A stretch of DNA of 64,000 nucleotides from Octopus vulgaris (taxonomy: Eukaryota), in assembly GCA_951406725.2 (NCBI GenBank), contig OX597820.1, forward strand, positions 94,054,001 to 94,118,000, read 5' to 3'. Positions 1-13,511 of the stretch are shown in pieces (positions within the stretch are counted from its first letter, which is position 1; each line of letters starts with the position of its first letter). A program made the translations under genes and the position numbers. A model generated the notes under the pieces. That model was not told the origin of the DNA. It did not search any database and saw nothing but the letters and a program-made list of their open reading frames with translations.

Positions 1-1351
1 GTGTGAGTGTGTGTGTATAAAAACAAGGTAGTATCAACACCTTGTCTTTATACGTGATGTGAGAACTCAGTACGTGATATGAAGTATTGTAAACTTTATT
101 GTCAATGAATATCGCAGCGTGCTATTTAAGTTTCCTCGTTTCCTAAAGCAAACAACGATAAGAAATGGTATTCCATAAGCGAATATACATGGAAAAAACG
201 CGTTGGCAGTAAACAAAGCTTGGGGATGTAATTTCTCCTTCGATTGGTTAAGAACGATGGATGTTTTTTTTTGTTTAAATCTACCGAATGGAAGTTTTTT
301 AATGACTACTTGACTTCTGACAAACTCTGACGGCTTTATCTAATCAAATCCTTAAAACAAAATGTAGACTTAGTGGAACTTGAAATCAAATGTGAAGAAC
401 CAATAAATACGTATGTTGCAAATCTAGTTATATTAAGTGATACGAGATTTGTTTTTGGTACTACTGAACATTGCTAAATTAGATACACATTCTTACCCGT
501 AACTTCGAATACAGACGACTGCAACTAGCCTTTATCAATTTACTACTAACTTTCATGAATTGGCTCGTAGCAGAGCTGTATATTTTTAGGGAATTTTGCA
601 AAACAAGTTAACATAAATCACAGCACAGTAATAAGAAATCAGAAAGGCAAAATCGCAAAACAGCTTATTCTGAATAGTCGAGACAGCTTCATCTAGAACA
701 CTGGAATAAGATTATTTCGTAATCGATCACTTCTCTAGATGTGGCCATGTTTCTAATGTATGATCGAATAGAGCTAATGTAGGTTATTCAACCCGAGATA
801 AGCATTTATGATCCATGAATCAAGAGGTCGGTATTTTATCGATTTGGTTAACGATTTAGTATGATATAAGGAAACCACGAATTAAGAAACCCCGCCCATT
901 GTTATATGGTAGTTACGCAAAATCTGTATCGCAATAAATCAAGTCTGAGTTATGCTTATGGATTCTTTTGAAAAACTATTTAACTTTACATCTATTGTTA
1001 ATGCCCTTCGGAATATCATGAATAGCATGAACAACATACAACTCCATGTCTCTAACTCAAATAAACGTTGTGAATAACACACATTCTCATATGTCTAATT
1101 CAAATAAACATAGTGCCGTCAAGAAGAAAAAGCTCAAAGTAAATCGAAACTTTTCGCTCGGTCGTCAATTCCTTTTTAAGCTCCTTAGCTTCAATTACGT
1201 CGCAACATATTACTTGAAAAAATTATTTGGAAAGGCATTTTTGTTACAATACCCAATTTGCTTCCGTGCCGATGTACCAATATTATCTAAAACAGCTGAA
1301 CTATCGATCATGATAGGAAAGTTCAAAGGTAATTTTAAATAGTTTAATTAC

Positions 1352-1586
1352 CATGAGCAAGTGTAGTAGCTGATATTTCGGGTTTTTGCCCTTCGTCTGA
1401 GCATGAGAAGCAGAGATAACTGGTGCCCTCATTCTGTCTTTTTTTGTGTGTATGTCTTTTGCCGATGTCAATCGGTGAAGGCCACCACCAGCGACAAGAA
1501 AACCAGTAAAATCCTGTGCTTTTCGAACCAAGTTCTTTGTGATATTTGTTCTGCAGGGAGCCACAGATGCTCCTTTGTCATTCTTT
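1352..1586 (-). other. Candidate exon of an unidentified minus-strand gene
   Basis: Acceptor ...aactaat...catctttgacAG (AG at 1588-1587) and donor atg|GTAATT (GT at 1351-1350), inside a SINE-free 1.7-kb unique block. One frame is open throughout (KNDKGASVAPCRT...LLHLLM). Another gives RMTKEHLWLPAEQISQRTWFEKHRILLVFLSLVVAFTD*. No homology recognised. Confidence 0.3.
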
Positions 1587-1999
1587 CTGTCAAAGATGCA
1601 ATGTATCAATGATTAGTTCATTTGAAACCTGCAGCTTACGACGGCACTATTATTCAAGAAGTAAGACATAAAATGAATAGAAAATTAAATAAACACACAC
1701 ACAACTTCTAATCAATCAGATTCTGTTCTATGATTTTGTTAACCGATAACCTTGTGCAGTTTGCTACCATATGTCAGCCACATTTGCTATATACATATAT
1801 ATATATATATCACCAACACAAAAGAAGCCAACCAACGTTTATTTGCTGAAATTATAATCAACTCCACAGAGTATTATCTACTTACAGGAACTGTAAAGCT
1901 ACCATTCTTTATTAATCACCGACATTTGAAAGTTTGCCAAAATGGACAACGTACATTGGTTCCAATGTATAAGTTAAATCTTGGCTTACATGTATGTTA

Positions 2000-2780
2000 C
2001 TGGTGGTGATGGTAGTGGCGATACTGGTGACGGTGGTGGTGGTGGTCGTGGTGATACTGGTGATGGCGGAGGTGTTTGAGGTAGTAGCGACAAAGATAAT
2101 GACTGTGGTCGGGGGATAAAGTGGCGGTGGTCGAAATAGTGGAAATTAATGGTGGTGGTGGTGGCAGCGACAACGATGATGTCTGTGTTAGTGAGAGTAA
2201 GATGGCGGTTGTGGAGCTATTGGTACTAAATAGTGGTGGTGGGATAAGTTGGTAGTGGTGGTGGTGCTGGTGGAAGCGGCAAAGTTAATGGTTGTGATGG
2301 TGGTGGTCATGAGGTGAAACTGAGGTGATAGGGAAGGGTGAAATATAGTAAATGGTGGCGGCGGTGCTGGTTGTAGCGACAATTGTAGTAATGAAGCCTA
2401 GTGAAGGTGGGGAGTGAGGGTTGTGGTGTTGGGGAGTGATGAAGGGGGGAGCGGTGATGGCGGGAGCAGTGATTGCGGCCATGAAAATGGTAGCAGTTAG
2501 TGTAAGTGGTCATGACATTAGTAGTGGTTGTGGTAGTAATCGTTTAGATAGTAATGGAGGGAGTAATTTGTGATCGTGATAGTTCTGTTAACTGTAGTGG
2601 TAGGCAGAGGTAGTAGTGGAGGAGATGGTGGTAATGGTAGTATTAATAGTAATGGTGGTAGTAGTGGTAGTGATTAAGGTGGTAGCACTGGTCGTAGTGG
2701 TGGCGTTGATAAAGAAGGTATCAGCCCGTGGTCGTTATAGTTGTGATTGCGGTGGTGGTGGTAGGTGTTGGAAGTGGTGA

Positions 2781-2822
<42 letters not shown>

Positions 2823-2870
2823 GGGAGGGAGGTCGAGGTGGCGATGGACAATAATCCTGATGGTGCGGTT
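2000..2870. repeat. Degenerate (GGT/GTA)n trinucleotide low-complexity tract
   Basis: Continuous ggt/gat/agt triplets with a pure (AGT)n run near 2781-2813. Source of the poly-V/T/H ORFs. Confidence 0.9.
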
Positions 2871-2875
2871 GTTTA

Positions 2876-3062
2876 TTGTTCTTATTTTGCCCCAGGTCGG
2901 TTCTGACTAAACAAAGCGCAAGATCTAAAGTGTTCCATCCACGACTAACTCCTCTTACCTTCAGACTTCGAAGAATACTATCATTGACCAATGTGTCCTG
3001 TTTTAAGACAGTAGGGTATGATTTGTAAAACAATACCCCAGCTATTTCTAGCAGATCGAGTT
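2876..3062. mobile_element. Old interspersed repeat (ttgtttaacccc-aggtcag...ccagctatttctagc family)
   Basis: Related segments recur near 8930-9060, 19040-19140, 34990-35170, 41080, 48290, 50085-50270, 51840, 58025-58260 and 63545-63650. Confidence 0.55.
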
Positions 3063-3336
3063 TAATATAGCGGTTCCGTCGTTGGCTTTTATTTGTGTGA
3101 TTGGTGATTGTAAAGTTGAGCAGTGGTGCTGTGATGGTAGTGATGGAAGTGTCGTTGCTGTTGTTGTTGATGGTAGTAGTGATGCTTTTGGTGGTGGAGG
3201 GTGGATGGTTGTGGTTGTAGTGATTATAGTTGTGACAGTGGTGATAATTGTGTTGGTTACGTCGGACACAGGTAATCTAACTGTGTTTTATCAAAACAGG
3301 CCTGGGGTTAAAACAAGAACAACTAGTTGAAATAGT

Positions 3337-3548
3337 GGTTCCAAATTTTGGCACAAGGTCATTTAATTTCGAAGGGGTGGGTAAGACGATTACATTGACC
3401 CTAGTGATCAATCTGTGCTTATTTTATCGAAACCGAAAGGATACAAGACAAAGTCAACCTCGGCGGAATTTGAACTCAGAACTTGAAGACGGACGAAATG
3501 CAATTAAACATTTTGCCAGGCTTGCTAAGGATTCTGCCAGCTCGCCTT
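3337..3548 (-). mobile_element. tRNA-derived SINE family A
   Basis: Reverse strand reads ggcgagctggcagaatc...gagttcaaattccgccgagg (A/B-box-like) followed by the shared cctttcgg..tcgataaa core. Confidence 0.85.
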
Positions 3549-3645
3549 CTTAACTAGTAGAAATAATAGTGCTATGTAATACTCTGAGTAAAGACGGGAG
3601 AAAAACTGAGAAGAAGAAAAGAAAGAGAAGACAGAGAAATGAAAT

Positions 3646-4037
3646 ACTCTCTTTACTCTTTTACTCGTTTCAGTCATCTGACTGCGGCCATGCTGGAGCA
3701 CCGCCTTTAGTCGAGCAAATCGACCCCAGGACTTATTCTCTGTAAGCCCAGTACTTATTCTATCGGTCTCTTTTGCCGAACCGCTAAGTGACGGGGACGT
3801 AAACACGCCAGCATCGGTTGTCAAGCAATGCTAGGGAGACAAACACAGACACACACACACATACATATATATATATACATATATACGACAGGCTTCTTTC
3901 AGTTTCCGTCTACCAAATCCACTCACAAGGCATTGGTCGGCCCGGGGCTATAGCAGAAGACACTTGCCCAAGGTGCCACGCAGTGGGACTGAACCCGGAA
4001 CCATGTGGTTGGTTAGCAAGCTACTTACCACACAGCC
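3646..4037 (-). mobile_element. tRNA-derived SINE family B (CORE-like, internal microsatellite)
   Basis: Head tggctgtgtgg...gggttcagtccc, CORE-like accttgggcaagtg, internal (TA)(TG) run and (gtaaaaga)n tail. Highly similar to 10930-11332 and 52228-52682. Confidence 0.9.
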
Positions 4038-4074
4038 AGAGAGAAAAATATCAAAACCAGTTAAAATTCATAAT

Positions 4075-4667
4075 TATTTCTACTATAGATACAAGACCTG
4101 AAATTTTAGGAGAGGAGCCTAGTCGATTGCATCAACCCTAGTTTTCAACTGGTACTCATCTTATCGACCTCCAAAGGATGAAAGGCAAAGTCGACCACGG
4201 CAGAATTTGAACTCGGAACGTGAAGATGGATGAAATGCTGCTGTATATTTTAGCAGGCGTGTTAACAACTTTACCAGCTTACCACCTTAATAATAATACT
4301 AGTTTCAAATTTAGCACGCGGCCAGCAATTTCAGGGAGGGGTTCCGTCGATTACATCGACCCCAGTGTTTAAATGGTACTTATTTTATCGACCCCGAAAG
4401 GATGAAAGGCAAAGTCGACCTCAGCGGAATTTGAACTCCGAACATAAAGACGGGCGAAATACCTATTTCTTTACTACCCACAAGGGTCTAAACGCAGAGA
4501 GGACAAACAAGGACAGACAAACGGATCAAATCGATAATATCGATCCCAGTGCGTAACTGGTACTTATTTTATCGACCCCGAAAGGATGAAAGGCAAAGTC
4601 GACCTCGGCGGAATTTGAACTCCGCTAACGGTTGAACCGTTCTAACGGTTCTGCCAGCTCACTGCCA
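4075..4667 (-). mobile_element. Tandem/nested cluster of three SINE family A copies
   Basis: The core cgacccc/tcgaaaggatgaaaggcaaagtcgacc occurs near 4165, 4389 and 4572, followed by (AAT)n. Confidence 0.85.
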
Positions 4668-4669
4668 AC

Positions 4670-4717
<48 letters not shown>

Positions 4718-5718
4718 GTAATAAATAAATAAATGAATAAATAAAAAATTATATCAATATTTGTAAAGCTTATGTATTTTGTAAACCATTATGGTTGAAT
4801 GACGGCTTTAAGAAATTGCAGATGGAAACATCATCAAAAACAAGCAGCAGTAGTAGTAGTAGCAGCAGCAACAGGAGCAACAGCAACAAATATAATAACA
4901 GCAAGTGGTAGAGGAGTAACAAATAATTACAAATGTACAAGGATTTGATTAGCTTTTCTTCTTTTTCCTTTCCATCTAGTTCTTTTTCTTTTCTTCTTCA
5001 TCTTCTCAAATGCAGCAGATCAGATTAAAAAGTCAACTCCAAGTGAACCGCATTTGATTGATTTGCATTTGATATAGGAAAATATGTTTCGAGAAAAATG
5101 TAGAACACCAAGTAGTAGCTGCACTACTATTACTACTACTAATAATAATAATGATAATAATAATAATAAGCTCAAGGAAATTAATAAACACAGTAATCAT
5201 CCCAATAGGCAACAAACAAAACTATAAAATAAAATGAAAGTGAAACTAAAAGCCACGTGGTCACGTGATGTACTTCTAGAAGATTTTTTTTTTTTGTTTC
5301 AATGTAATGTTTTAAAGTTCACATAGGACGTCAGATTTCTTTTGACCTACGTTTAAAATCGAAGGTGAAAAGAGGTGAGGTATCAGATAATGCTAATAAA
5401 TGAACATGTGGAAGAATTAAGAAACCTGGAAGCGTATTAACGATAGAAAAGAAGAAGATCTCGTGAGGACTCGAAGCATTAATTTTCAAGGCTTTATATA
5501 GGCGCCACGTATTTGTAAGGAAGTGGATTGAGGACGAGGGAAACAGAAAGTTAGGATATGAAGCCCTCTTCAAAGGTATTAACGTTGTAATTGAATACTA
5601 TATTTTCAACAAATAAGCTTAATTATCTGCATTTGCCTAACCCTTGCTGGCCTTGTACCAAAATTTGAAACCATTAGTGAGAAACATCAGTTTTGGTAAT
5701 TTAATTTAGTTTCAAACC

Positions 5719-5811
<93 letters not shown>

Positions 5812-5994
5812 TGTACGTGCCTGCGGGTATATGTATATATATATAGTTATTAGTGACAAATACACTATTAATACAAAAATGTAATATTTATCCCTATTAA
5901 AAAGTGGAAGCTGTGTTAAAACAGAATACTGCAATAGTTATCATAAGAAAATCTCTCATATGGGCTGTTGGTGTTAACATATATATATATATAA

Positions 5995-6039
<45 letters not shown>

Positions 6040-6041
<2 letters not shown>

Positions 6042-6292
6042 CATGCATACATAGATGTTAGCAGAAAGCTGATAATCAATGAAAAAGAGAACATTTTTGC
6101 TGAACTATTTAGAAATCTGCAGTTACTCTGTCCAGGTTACAATTTCAGGTTTATACTTGTAACTATTTAGGCCCTGGAATATGTAACACACTGCCTAACA
6201 ACCAATCTTGAGAAAATAGGCTTCTCAAAAACCAGAAAGGAGAAGGCTAATTCGAAGACTACAGATCCAATCTATCACTGGAACTGTAAAAA

Positions 6293-6297
<5 letters not shown>
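6040..6297 (+). mobile_element. RLE-type non-LTR retrotransposon C-terminal fragment (R4/Dong-like)
   Basis: INEKENIFAELFRNLQLLCPGYNFRFILVTI aligns with IKEKEDIYGQLLRNLQLLYPDYESIFIPIII of the copy at 55651-56290. Contains a stop codon and is flanked by microsatellites. Confidence 0.75.
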
Positions 6298-6331
<34 letters not shown>

Positions 6332-6337
6332 ATAAAC

Positions 6338-6380
<43 letters not shown>

Positions 6381-6770
6381 CATATACCTGTGTATAAATA
6401 TATGTATATATATATATATATGTATGTATATGTGTGTATGTATAGACCTGTGTATAAATATAGTTATAAAAATATTATATGATTGCTGTTACATACATAA
6501 ATATTTATACGTAACTCCATACATATAAGTAAGCATAAGTGCAGATGCTTTACAGTGATATCAATATTACAAAATAATATACAGATTGGTTTTGTTGTAC
6601 TGTTTTGATGATTATTCATGATCCTGTTGGAGGGGATTATCTTCATTACCGTAGATTCTGATATTGCTTTCCTTTTCCGATCCTCAACTATTTTATTAGC
6701 TTGATCATTAATTAATATATCATTAAAAATACATTGAACATTTCAATATTGGTATCTTGTTATTTGGTTA

Positions 6771-6802
<32 letters not shown>

Positions 6803-7739
6803 TCAAATTTGCTTCCATTTCTGGCCGAGTGTCTTACCGATACCTAGGGCAAAGAAACTCAGTGTATACGTTCATTTACAAAGTCAAGATGAATGACAGA
6901 AAAAAATAAAGGAAACGAGAAAGAATGAAAAAAAGGATATTATTATTATTATTATTATTATTATCATTATTATTATTATTATTAATAATAATAATATTGT
7001 CATTATAATATTTGTCTCAAAGAGGAGTATACACAAATGCCCGTGCGCACTCAGATACAGAGAAGTATATATTCTGCATGCGCACACACAAATTTGCCTA
7101 TACCTAGTAACTCGCGTGTATGTGTGAGTGTGTATACAGACATAAACTGGCATAGAAGTACATTGCATCACACAAGCATTATATATAAAAGATGACGTAC
7201 GCATATAGCACTCATACACACAAGCGCATGTACACACACGCGTGCGCGTCCACACACACAGACAAGCACAAATAGATGCATAAATAGAACCTGCATATAG
7301 AAAGGCATACAAATAACTACACATACATACAAGTGCAACTACAAACACATACATCAAACAATGATATTTGGAGAGAATATTAATTTTTTCCTATTAACTG
7401 ATTGCATTTTCATCGACGTCGTCGTCATTATCATCATCATCATCGTTAATCAGCTGTCCTCGTGGATGTCATAATTACCATCAAAAAGGTTATCACATGA
7501 TGTCTAGATGGCAGCGCTGATGGTAAAACTACGTCACATTTTATTCTGAGCTCAAATCCGCCCGTTTCCCCTTTGCCTTTTCTTCTTCCAAGGTCAATAG
7601 AATAGGTACTGGGATCGATATTGTCGCCTATGCTGAAAAGGCTATGCCACAGCGTGGCCGCGATTCAATGACTGAAACTAGTAAAAGAATACAGTTAATA
7701 TGTATCGAAATCCTCGTATTTGATCAAATTCTTCACCAT

Positions 7740-8720
7740 TTTGTCAAAGTCAATAACGTCGCCATCAACCTCATCTCAGCAATCATTATCAATCATTCTG
7801 TTCATCATCAGTCATTCATCTTGGTCATTATCAACCACCACCGTAACAGTTCTCTATCGTCTTATGCGTAATCATCAAACATTTTAAGCCATCATTGTCT
7901 TCTTAACCAAGATTAACTGTCACTTTAGCATTAATAATCAGTCAATTAAATCATCAGTCATTGTTACATGCATGCTCATTATCTCTTAACAATCGTCAGT
8001 CATTATCGTTGTCGTCATCATATTTTATTTTAGTCGTCAATAAACATCTTAGTTATCATTAATCCTCACAGTAGTCATCTATATTATTAGGTGTCAAGAT
8101 ATGTTAGCTTTCGTCAATCGTCATCTTAGTCCCCATCATCCACCAACATCAGTCATTTTAACAATCTACAATATTTTATCTTCGACTTCATTGCCTGACA
8201 TCACTCATCATCTTAGTCGTTATTAATCGTCATTTTACTCATCATTCACTATGTTTGTCATAATCGATAATAGTCTTCATTATCTTCATCTGTAATCTTA
8301 GCAATTATCACCTCTCATCTTAATCATCAAAATCTGATGTCTTAACAAGAATCATAAACTGAGTCCCCATCAATCATCACCTTATTCATCCTGATCTTAA
8401 TCGTCAATAAATATCGTACGAACCAACAATCATCAGTTGCTTTCTTTACAAGTGTCAGCCATAATCTTAGCCATCATTAATCATCGTCGTCTGTTATGTT
8501 ATTCATTAATCGTCATATTAGTCATCATCATCTGACAACTTACTATCATTGCTATCACGTCGCGGACATACTAGTCATAAACTCTCATCAAATGCATCAT
8601 TAATCGTCGTATTAGTCATCATTAACCATCATCTTTGTAACCATCAGCCATCTAACAACCATTATTCAAAATCTGTCATTTAAATCATTGGTTTCTAAGT
8701 AATCATATTTTAGCCTTCAC
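7740..8720. repeat. Degenerate ~20-22 bp minisatellite built on (CAT)n
   Basis: Recurring unit catcttagtcatcattaatc (e.g. ~8045, 8123, 8209, 8463, 8514, 8608). Confidence 0.7.
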
Positions 8721-8749
8721 CACTATGAAACATAATTCTCAAAGTGCTA

Positions 8750-9420
8750 TTTGTGGACATGGTGGGTGGCAGTGAGAGTGATGGTCGTAGTAGTGGTTGT
8801 GATAATGATGGTGGTGGTTCAGGTGGTGGTGGTGGTTGTGATAGTAATGATAGCGATGGTTGAGGTGAAGATGGTGATGATGATGTCGATGAAGACGGGG
8901 CAAAAGGTGGTAGCGTTGATCATGCTCTGTTGCTTTAAGTCAATCTTGATGAAGCCAACCCCTGAACAAAGACATTCTTACCATGACCACCCGCCATTTG
9001 ATGGATATGTAATGGATCATCTGATGAAGACTTGGCAGCTATTTCTAGCGAGTCGAGTGGCCAAATAATAACCACCTACGTTGGGCTGTGAGTGGTGATG
9101 TTTGTAGCAGTATTGATAGTGATGGTGACGGTAATAGTGGCGGAGATAGTAGAGGTAAAGGGGACCGTGACAGGGTAGTGGTGTTAGTGGTGGAGGCAGT
9201 AATTATGATAGTGGTGGTGGTAGTGTAGGGGTGACGATGATGGTAATAACGTTAGTAGTGGTGGTGGTGTCGGTGAAGATGGTACTGCTGTTGGTATTGA
9301 TGATGCTGATAGGGGGTATAGTTGTAGTGGTGATGGCGACAGTAGTGGTAGCAGTGGTGATGGTGGTAGTATAGTATAGGTTGTTGTAGCAGTGGTGACG
9401 CTAGTGGTAATAATCGATTT
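8750..9420. repeat. Degenerate (GGT/GAT)n tract
   Basis: gtg/gta/atg triplet low complexity. Source of the poly-Val ORF. Confidence 0.85.
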
Positions 9421-9519
9421 GTGAAATCAGAGTAGCGGTGAGAGATATATGTAGAAGCAAGGTGGTGGGTTTTACGTCACTAAAATATTCATGCATGTTA
9501 TGTTAGTGACTTCGCCACC

Positions 9520-10340
9520 ACCAGCAACAGCGGTAGCAACAGTAGCAGCAGTAGCAGCAATGTCGCTGGCACTACCAATATACCAACAGCAGGAGTGACA
9601 GCAAAGCCAATGACAACATAACAACAGCAGCAGCAGCAGCAAAAAGAAAAATTACTGCTGTAACAATAAAAATAGTCATACCCGTAACAGCAGCATCAAT
9701 AATGACAGTAGTTATGGCAGCAGGTCGTCAATGTCAAAAGCCATAACATTACAAGAGCTGAACCACAGTTGTCAAGGCAGAAGCAGCGACAACAACGGTC
9801 GTCATAGTAGCAGAGACATTTGCAACTGTAATCATAGCAATATAAGCATTAGCGACAATGGTCGTCATAGCAGCTCAGCGTCAATGACAGTGGTCATACA
9901 GCAGTAGCGTCAATGACAGTCATAGCAACAGCAGCATAACAACAAAGGTTGTCATAGCAGCTCAACGTCAAATGACAGTAGTCATATGGCAATAGCGTCA
10001 AGGACGATAGCCATAACAGCAGCAGTAACTTTTGTCTTCGCCGCTCAGCGTCAGTGAAAGGAGTTACAGCAACAGCAGCGCCAACTATAGTAAATAGGTG
10101 TATTGTCCATGACAGTTACACCTGCGCTTTAACTAACGCCGGGCAGCAGTCACAGCTGCGTCATAGCTGCTGTGTCGCCAACGGTATTCATGGTTGCAGC
10201 AACAGTGTCAAGGACTGTATACATAGGTGCTTACGTCAACGATAGAAGCCAATGCTGCGTCAACGTCAACGGCTATATCATAGCAAAAATAGCAGCAACG
10301 TGAAAGAGAGTAATCATAACTTTAACAACATCTACAATGG
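9520..10340. repeat. Degenerate ~28-30 bp minisatellite built on (CAG)n
   Basis: Recurring unit gtcatagcagc..cagcgtcaatgacagt, clearest at 9864-10020. Confidence 0.7.
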
Positions 10341-10367
10341 TAGTTATATTAGTGGTAATAATAATAA

Positions 10368-10685
10368 TCCTTTCTACTATAGGCACAAGGCCAGAAATTC
10401 TGGGAGGAGGGACTAATCGACTACATCGACCTCAGAACTCAACTGGCACTTATTGAATGGTAACAATAACCTTTTCTACTATTGGCACAAGGCCTGAAAT
10501 TTTCGGGGAGGATGTTAATCGATTACACACGTCCCAGTGTTTAACTGCTTTATATTGTTACGACTTTGAAAGTATGTAAAGCAAAGTCGACCTCAGCGGA
10601 ATTTGAACTCAGAACGTAAAGACAGACGAAATACCGCTAAGCATTTCGCATAGCGTGCTAACGATTCTGTCAGCTCGCCGCCCTA
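10368..10685 (-). mobile_element. SINE family A copy with duplicated 3' tail
   Basis: Two ctttctactat(a/t)ggcacaaggcc tails precede the body gcaaagtcgacctcagcggaatttgaactc. Confidence 0.8.
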
Positions 10686-10929
10686 AATAATTTCAGGCCT
10701 TGTGCATATAGGCCAACGGCCTGAAATTTTGGTAGGAGGGAACATGAATACTAAATAACAACACATATAGCATCGATTGTAGCGATACCTAAGATACAAT
10801 AAACTTCATAAATCGCACCAACAAAATAGGTAATGGAATTAGCAACAGAAAATATAAAATGACCCCATGATAGCTACACCTCAGTCACTGACATAACAGA
10901 GCAAAACAAGGAGAGAAAAAAAACAGTAT

Positions 10930-11125
10930 TACTCTTTTACTCGTTTCATTCATTTGACTATGGCCATGCTGGAGCACCACCTTTAGTCGAGCAAATCAAC
11001 CCTAGGTCTTATTCTTTGTAAGCCTAGTACTTATTCTATCGTCTCTTTTGCCGAACCGCTAAGTTACGAGGACGTACACACACCAGCATCGGTTGCCAAG
11101 CGATGTTGGGGGGACAAACACACAT

Positions 11126-11172
<47 letters not shown>

Positions 11173-11332
11173 CGACGGGCTTCTTTCAGTTTCCATCCAC
11201 CAAATTCACTCACAAGGCTTTGCTCGGTCCGAGGCTATAGTAGAAGACACTTGCTCAAGGTGCCACGCAGTGGGACTGAACCCGGAAACAATTGGGTTCG
11301 TAAGCAAGCTACTTACCACACAGCCACTCCTG
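10930..11332 (-). mobile_element. SINE family B, near full length
   Basis: Matches 3646-4037 throughout, with internal (CA)(TA) microsatellite. Confidence 0.9.
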
Positions 11333-11686
11333 ACAACAGTCATAACATATCGATAGTAGCAACGGAACATCAACAAATACATAACAGACACAACAATCAC
11401 AGACACACGCAGTCATATACACACAGTCATACATACATACATACATACATACATACAGACAGACATACATACACGAAAACTGGAGAGATGGTTCTGAAAT
11501 TATATTATTACATCATATCCAATTTTCAATTTTGTTTTCATGTGTACTCAGTGATCTTTGTAGTATTTGAGAACAGCAGAAGGAAATATCAACTACAATA
11601 CACGAGTTATTCCACAGCATTCTCTTTTGATGTATACTGATATACATGGTGTCCGATATACCGATTATATGTCATGCAATGTGAAT

Positions 11687-11727
<41 letters not shown>

Positions 11728-12129
11728 GTACGTAAACATAAGCATATGTATACATGCAAGTATTGATGGATGATGGATGGATGTATATACACACGCTGAA
11801 AACAAAAGTGGTTTGTTCATAAATTATTAACAGTTATGTCATCTTGCACGTGTTTCAGCGAAGATAATGGACAAATTATGCAGTCTGGACCAGGCGTTTT
11901 CTAGCTTGTCACACCCTCACCGATTCATGCGCGCACGCACACACAGTTTGATATATATATATACATACAGAACGTCACCAGCAGTGCAAATAACATGAAA
12001 TACGTAAACAAACGAGAAAAAAAATATGGAAAACAGGACCAGTAAACAGAGAAAGTACCATTCATTAGTTGGCTGCCTATCTAGTCCTTATTTCGAGCTT
12101 TCAACGATACACACTCATATATATACATA

Positions 12130-13127
12130 CAGGGTGCGATGGGGAAATTATATTTTTAATTTAGCACATGCGCATTGATTGTTTTTGATTTTGTCGACTA
12201 CACAGTATAGTAGGGTCAGTAGGGCGCCGTCTGTGAGAAAATCAGCATCATGACGCAATTCACTCTGCCAGAAATTTAGAAATGGCATGCTGTGCTGATT
12301 GGCATTCGCGCCCGGAAGCTCCAATATGAATATTTCAGAGAGTTTGGGTGTCAAACTGCGGACAGTGCAGAGGATTCGGAAAGAGTTGGATGAGTCTAAT
12401 AGGGATTACGAAAAGCTCACTCTGATCGGTCTAATAAGAAAAGAAAAAGTGAATTTGTTGGTGGGATCCAGACCATGATTGACAACGATCCCTCTAAGAC
12501 AATCAGGTCCATCACCAGGGTATGGGAATTTCTGAGTTTCTTATCAGGCAGGTAGTGCATGAAACATTTGGTATTCGTCATACAAGATGAGAAAGGGCCA
12601 ATTTTTATCCCAAGTCATCAAGGACAAGAGGAAGGACCGCGCTACGAAGATTTTGAACAAACTCAAGCATCATCTCCAACCTAACATGCTTTGGTTTTTC
12701 TCGCGAGAAAAATTTGTCAGAATCACATGGTGAACACACCGAGCAACCGTAGGTTTGTCGTGTCCCCAAGACATGTACCGAGAGTGATTAAACTCAAACA
12801 TCCAGTCAACATTATGGTGTTTTAAGTGATCACTAATGGTGGCGACGTTAGGCCTCCATTCATCTTCCCACACGGCCTCACATTCAACACGGAGGCCTAC
12901 GTCAAGTGCCTGGAGGGGATAGTGATGCCCTGGGTCAAGAGATTGGCTGCTGGAAGACTATGTCATAGCTGTCAGATTATTTCTGCGACCACATCGACCC
13001 TAACATCTTGCTACCTAACTCCCCAGACTGCAACCCCCACTGATTATTATGTATGGAGTACAGTTGAGCGAGAGGCCAATAAAACTCCTTGTGACACCAA
13101 AGATGAACTGAAGGCAAGGATTATGAC
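12130..13127 (+). mobile_element. Decayed Tc1/mariner-superfamily transposon, maT/DD37D-like transposase
   Basis: Begins TA|CAGGGTG. Translated pieces: MLWFFS(D>R)EK, VPRVIKLKHPVNIMVF*VITNGGDVRPPFIFPHG, NTEAYVKCLEGIVMPWVKR and PNSPDCNP/TDYYVWSTVEREANKTPCDTKDELKARI. The last matches the SPDxNPxDYxxW catalytic motif. Frameshifted, with the middle-Asp region apparently deleted. Confidence 0.9.
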
Positions 13128-13129
13128 AG

Positions 13130-13252
13130 AAAAGAAGATTGCTTCCTAACCACATGGTTCCGGGTTCTTGGGTAAGTGTTTTCTACTATGGCCTCGGGCC
13201 GGCCAATTCTTTGTGAGTGGATTTGGTAGACGGAAACTGAATGAATATTATC

Positions 13253-13308
<56 letters not shown>

Positions 13309-13471
13309 CCCCATCATCGCTTGACAACCGATATTGTTTTGTTTACGTCCCCGAAACATAGCGGTTCGGCAAAAGAGACCGATAGAATAAGTACTAGGCT
13401 TACAAAGAATAACTTCGACAAAAAGCGGTGCTCCATCATTGCCGCAATCAAATGATTGAAACAAGTAAAAG

Positions 13472-13472
<1 letters not shown>
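13130..13472 (+). mobile_element. SINE family B, truncating the transposon
   Basis: aaccacatggttccggg...gtgagtggatttggtagacggaaactga...gcggttcggcaaaagagaccgatagaataagtac. Confidence 0.85.

Positions 13473-13511
<39 letters not shown>

Noticed and set aside
1407-1478. Plus-strand EITGALILSFFVCMSFADVNR resembling a signal peptide or aquaporin helix
   Set aside because: Bounded by stop codons, with no start codon ahead of the hydrophobic stretch and no convincing acceptor. Similarity is weak.
2188-3330. Thr/His/Val-rich ORFs
   Set aside because: Trinucleotide low-complexity artefacts.
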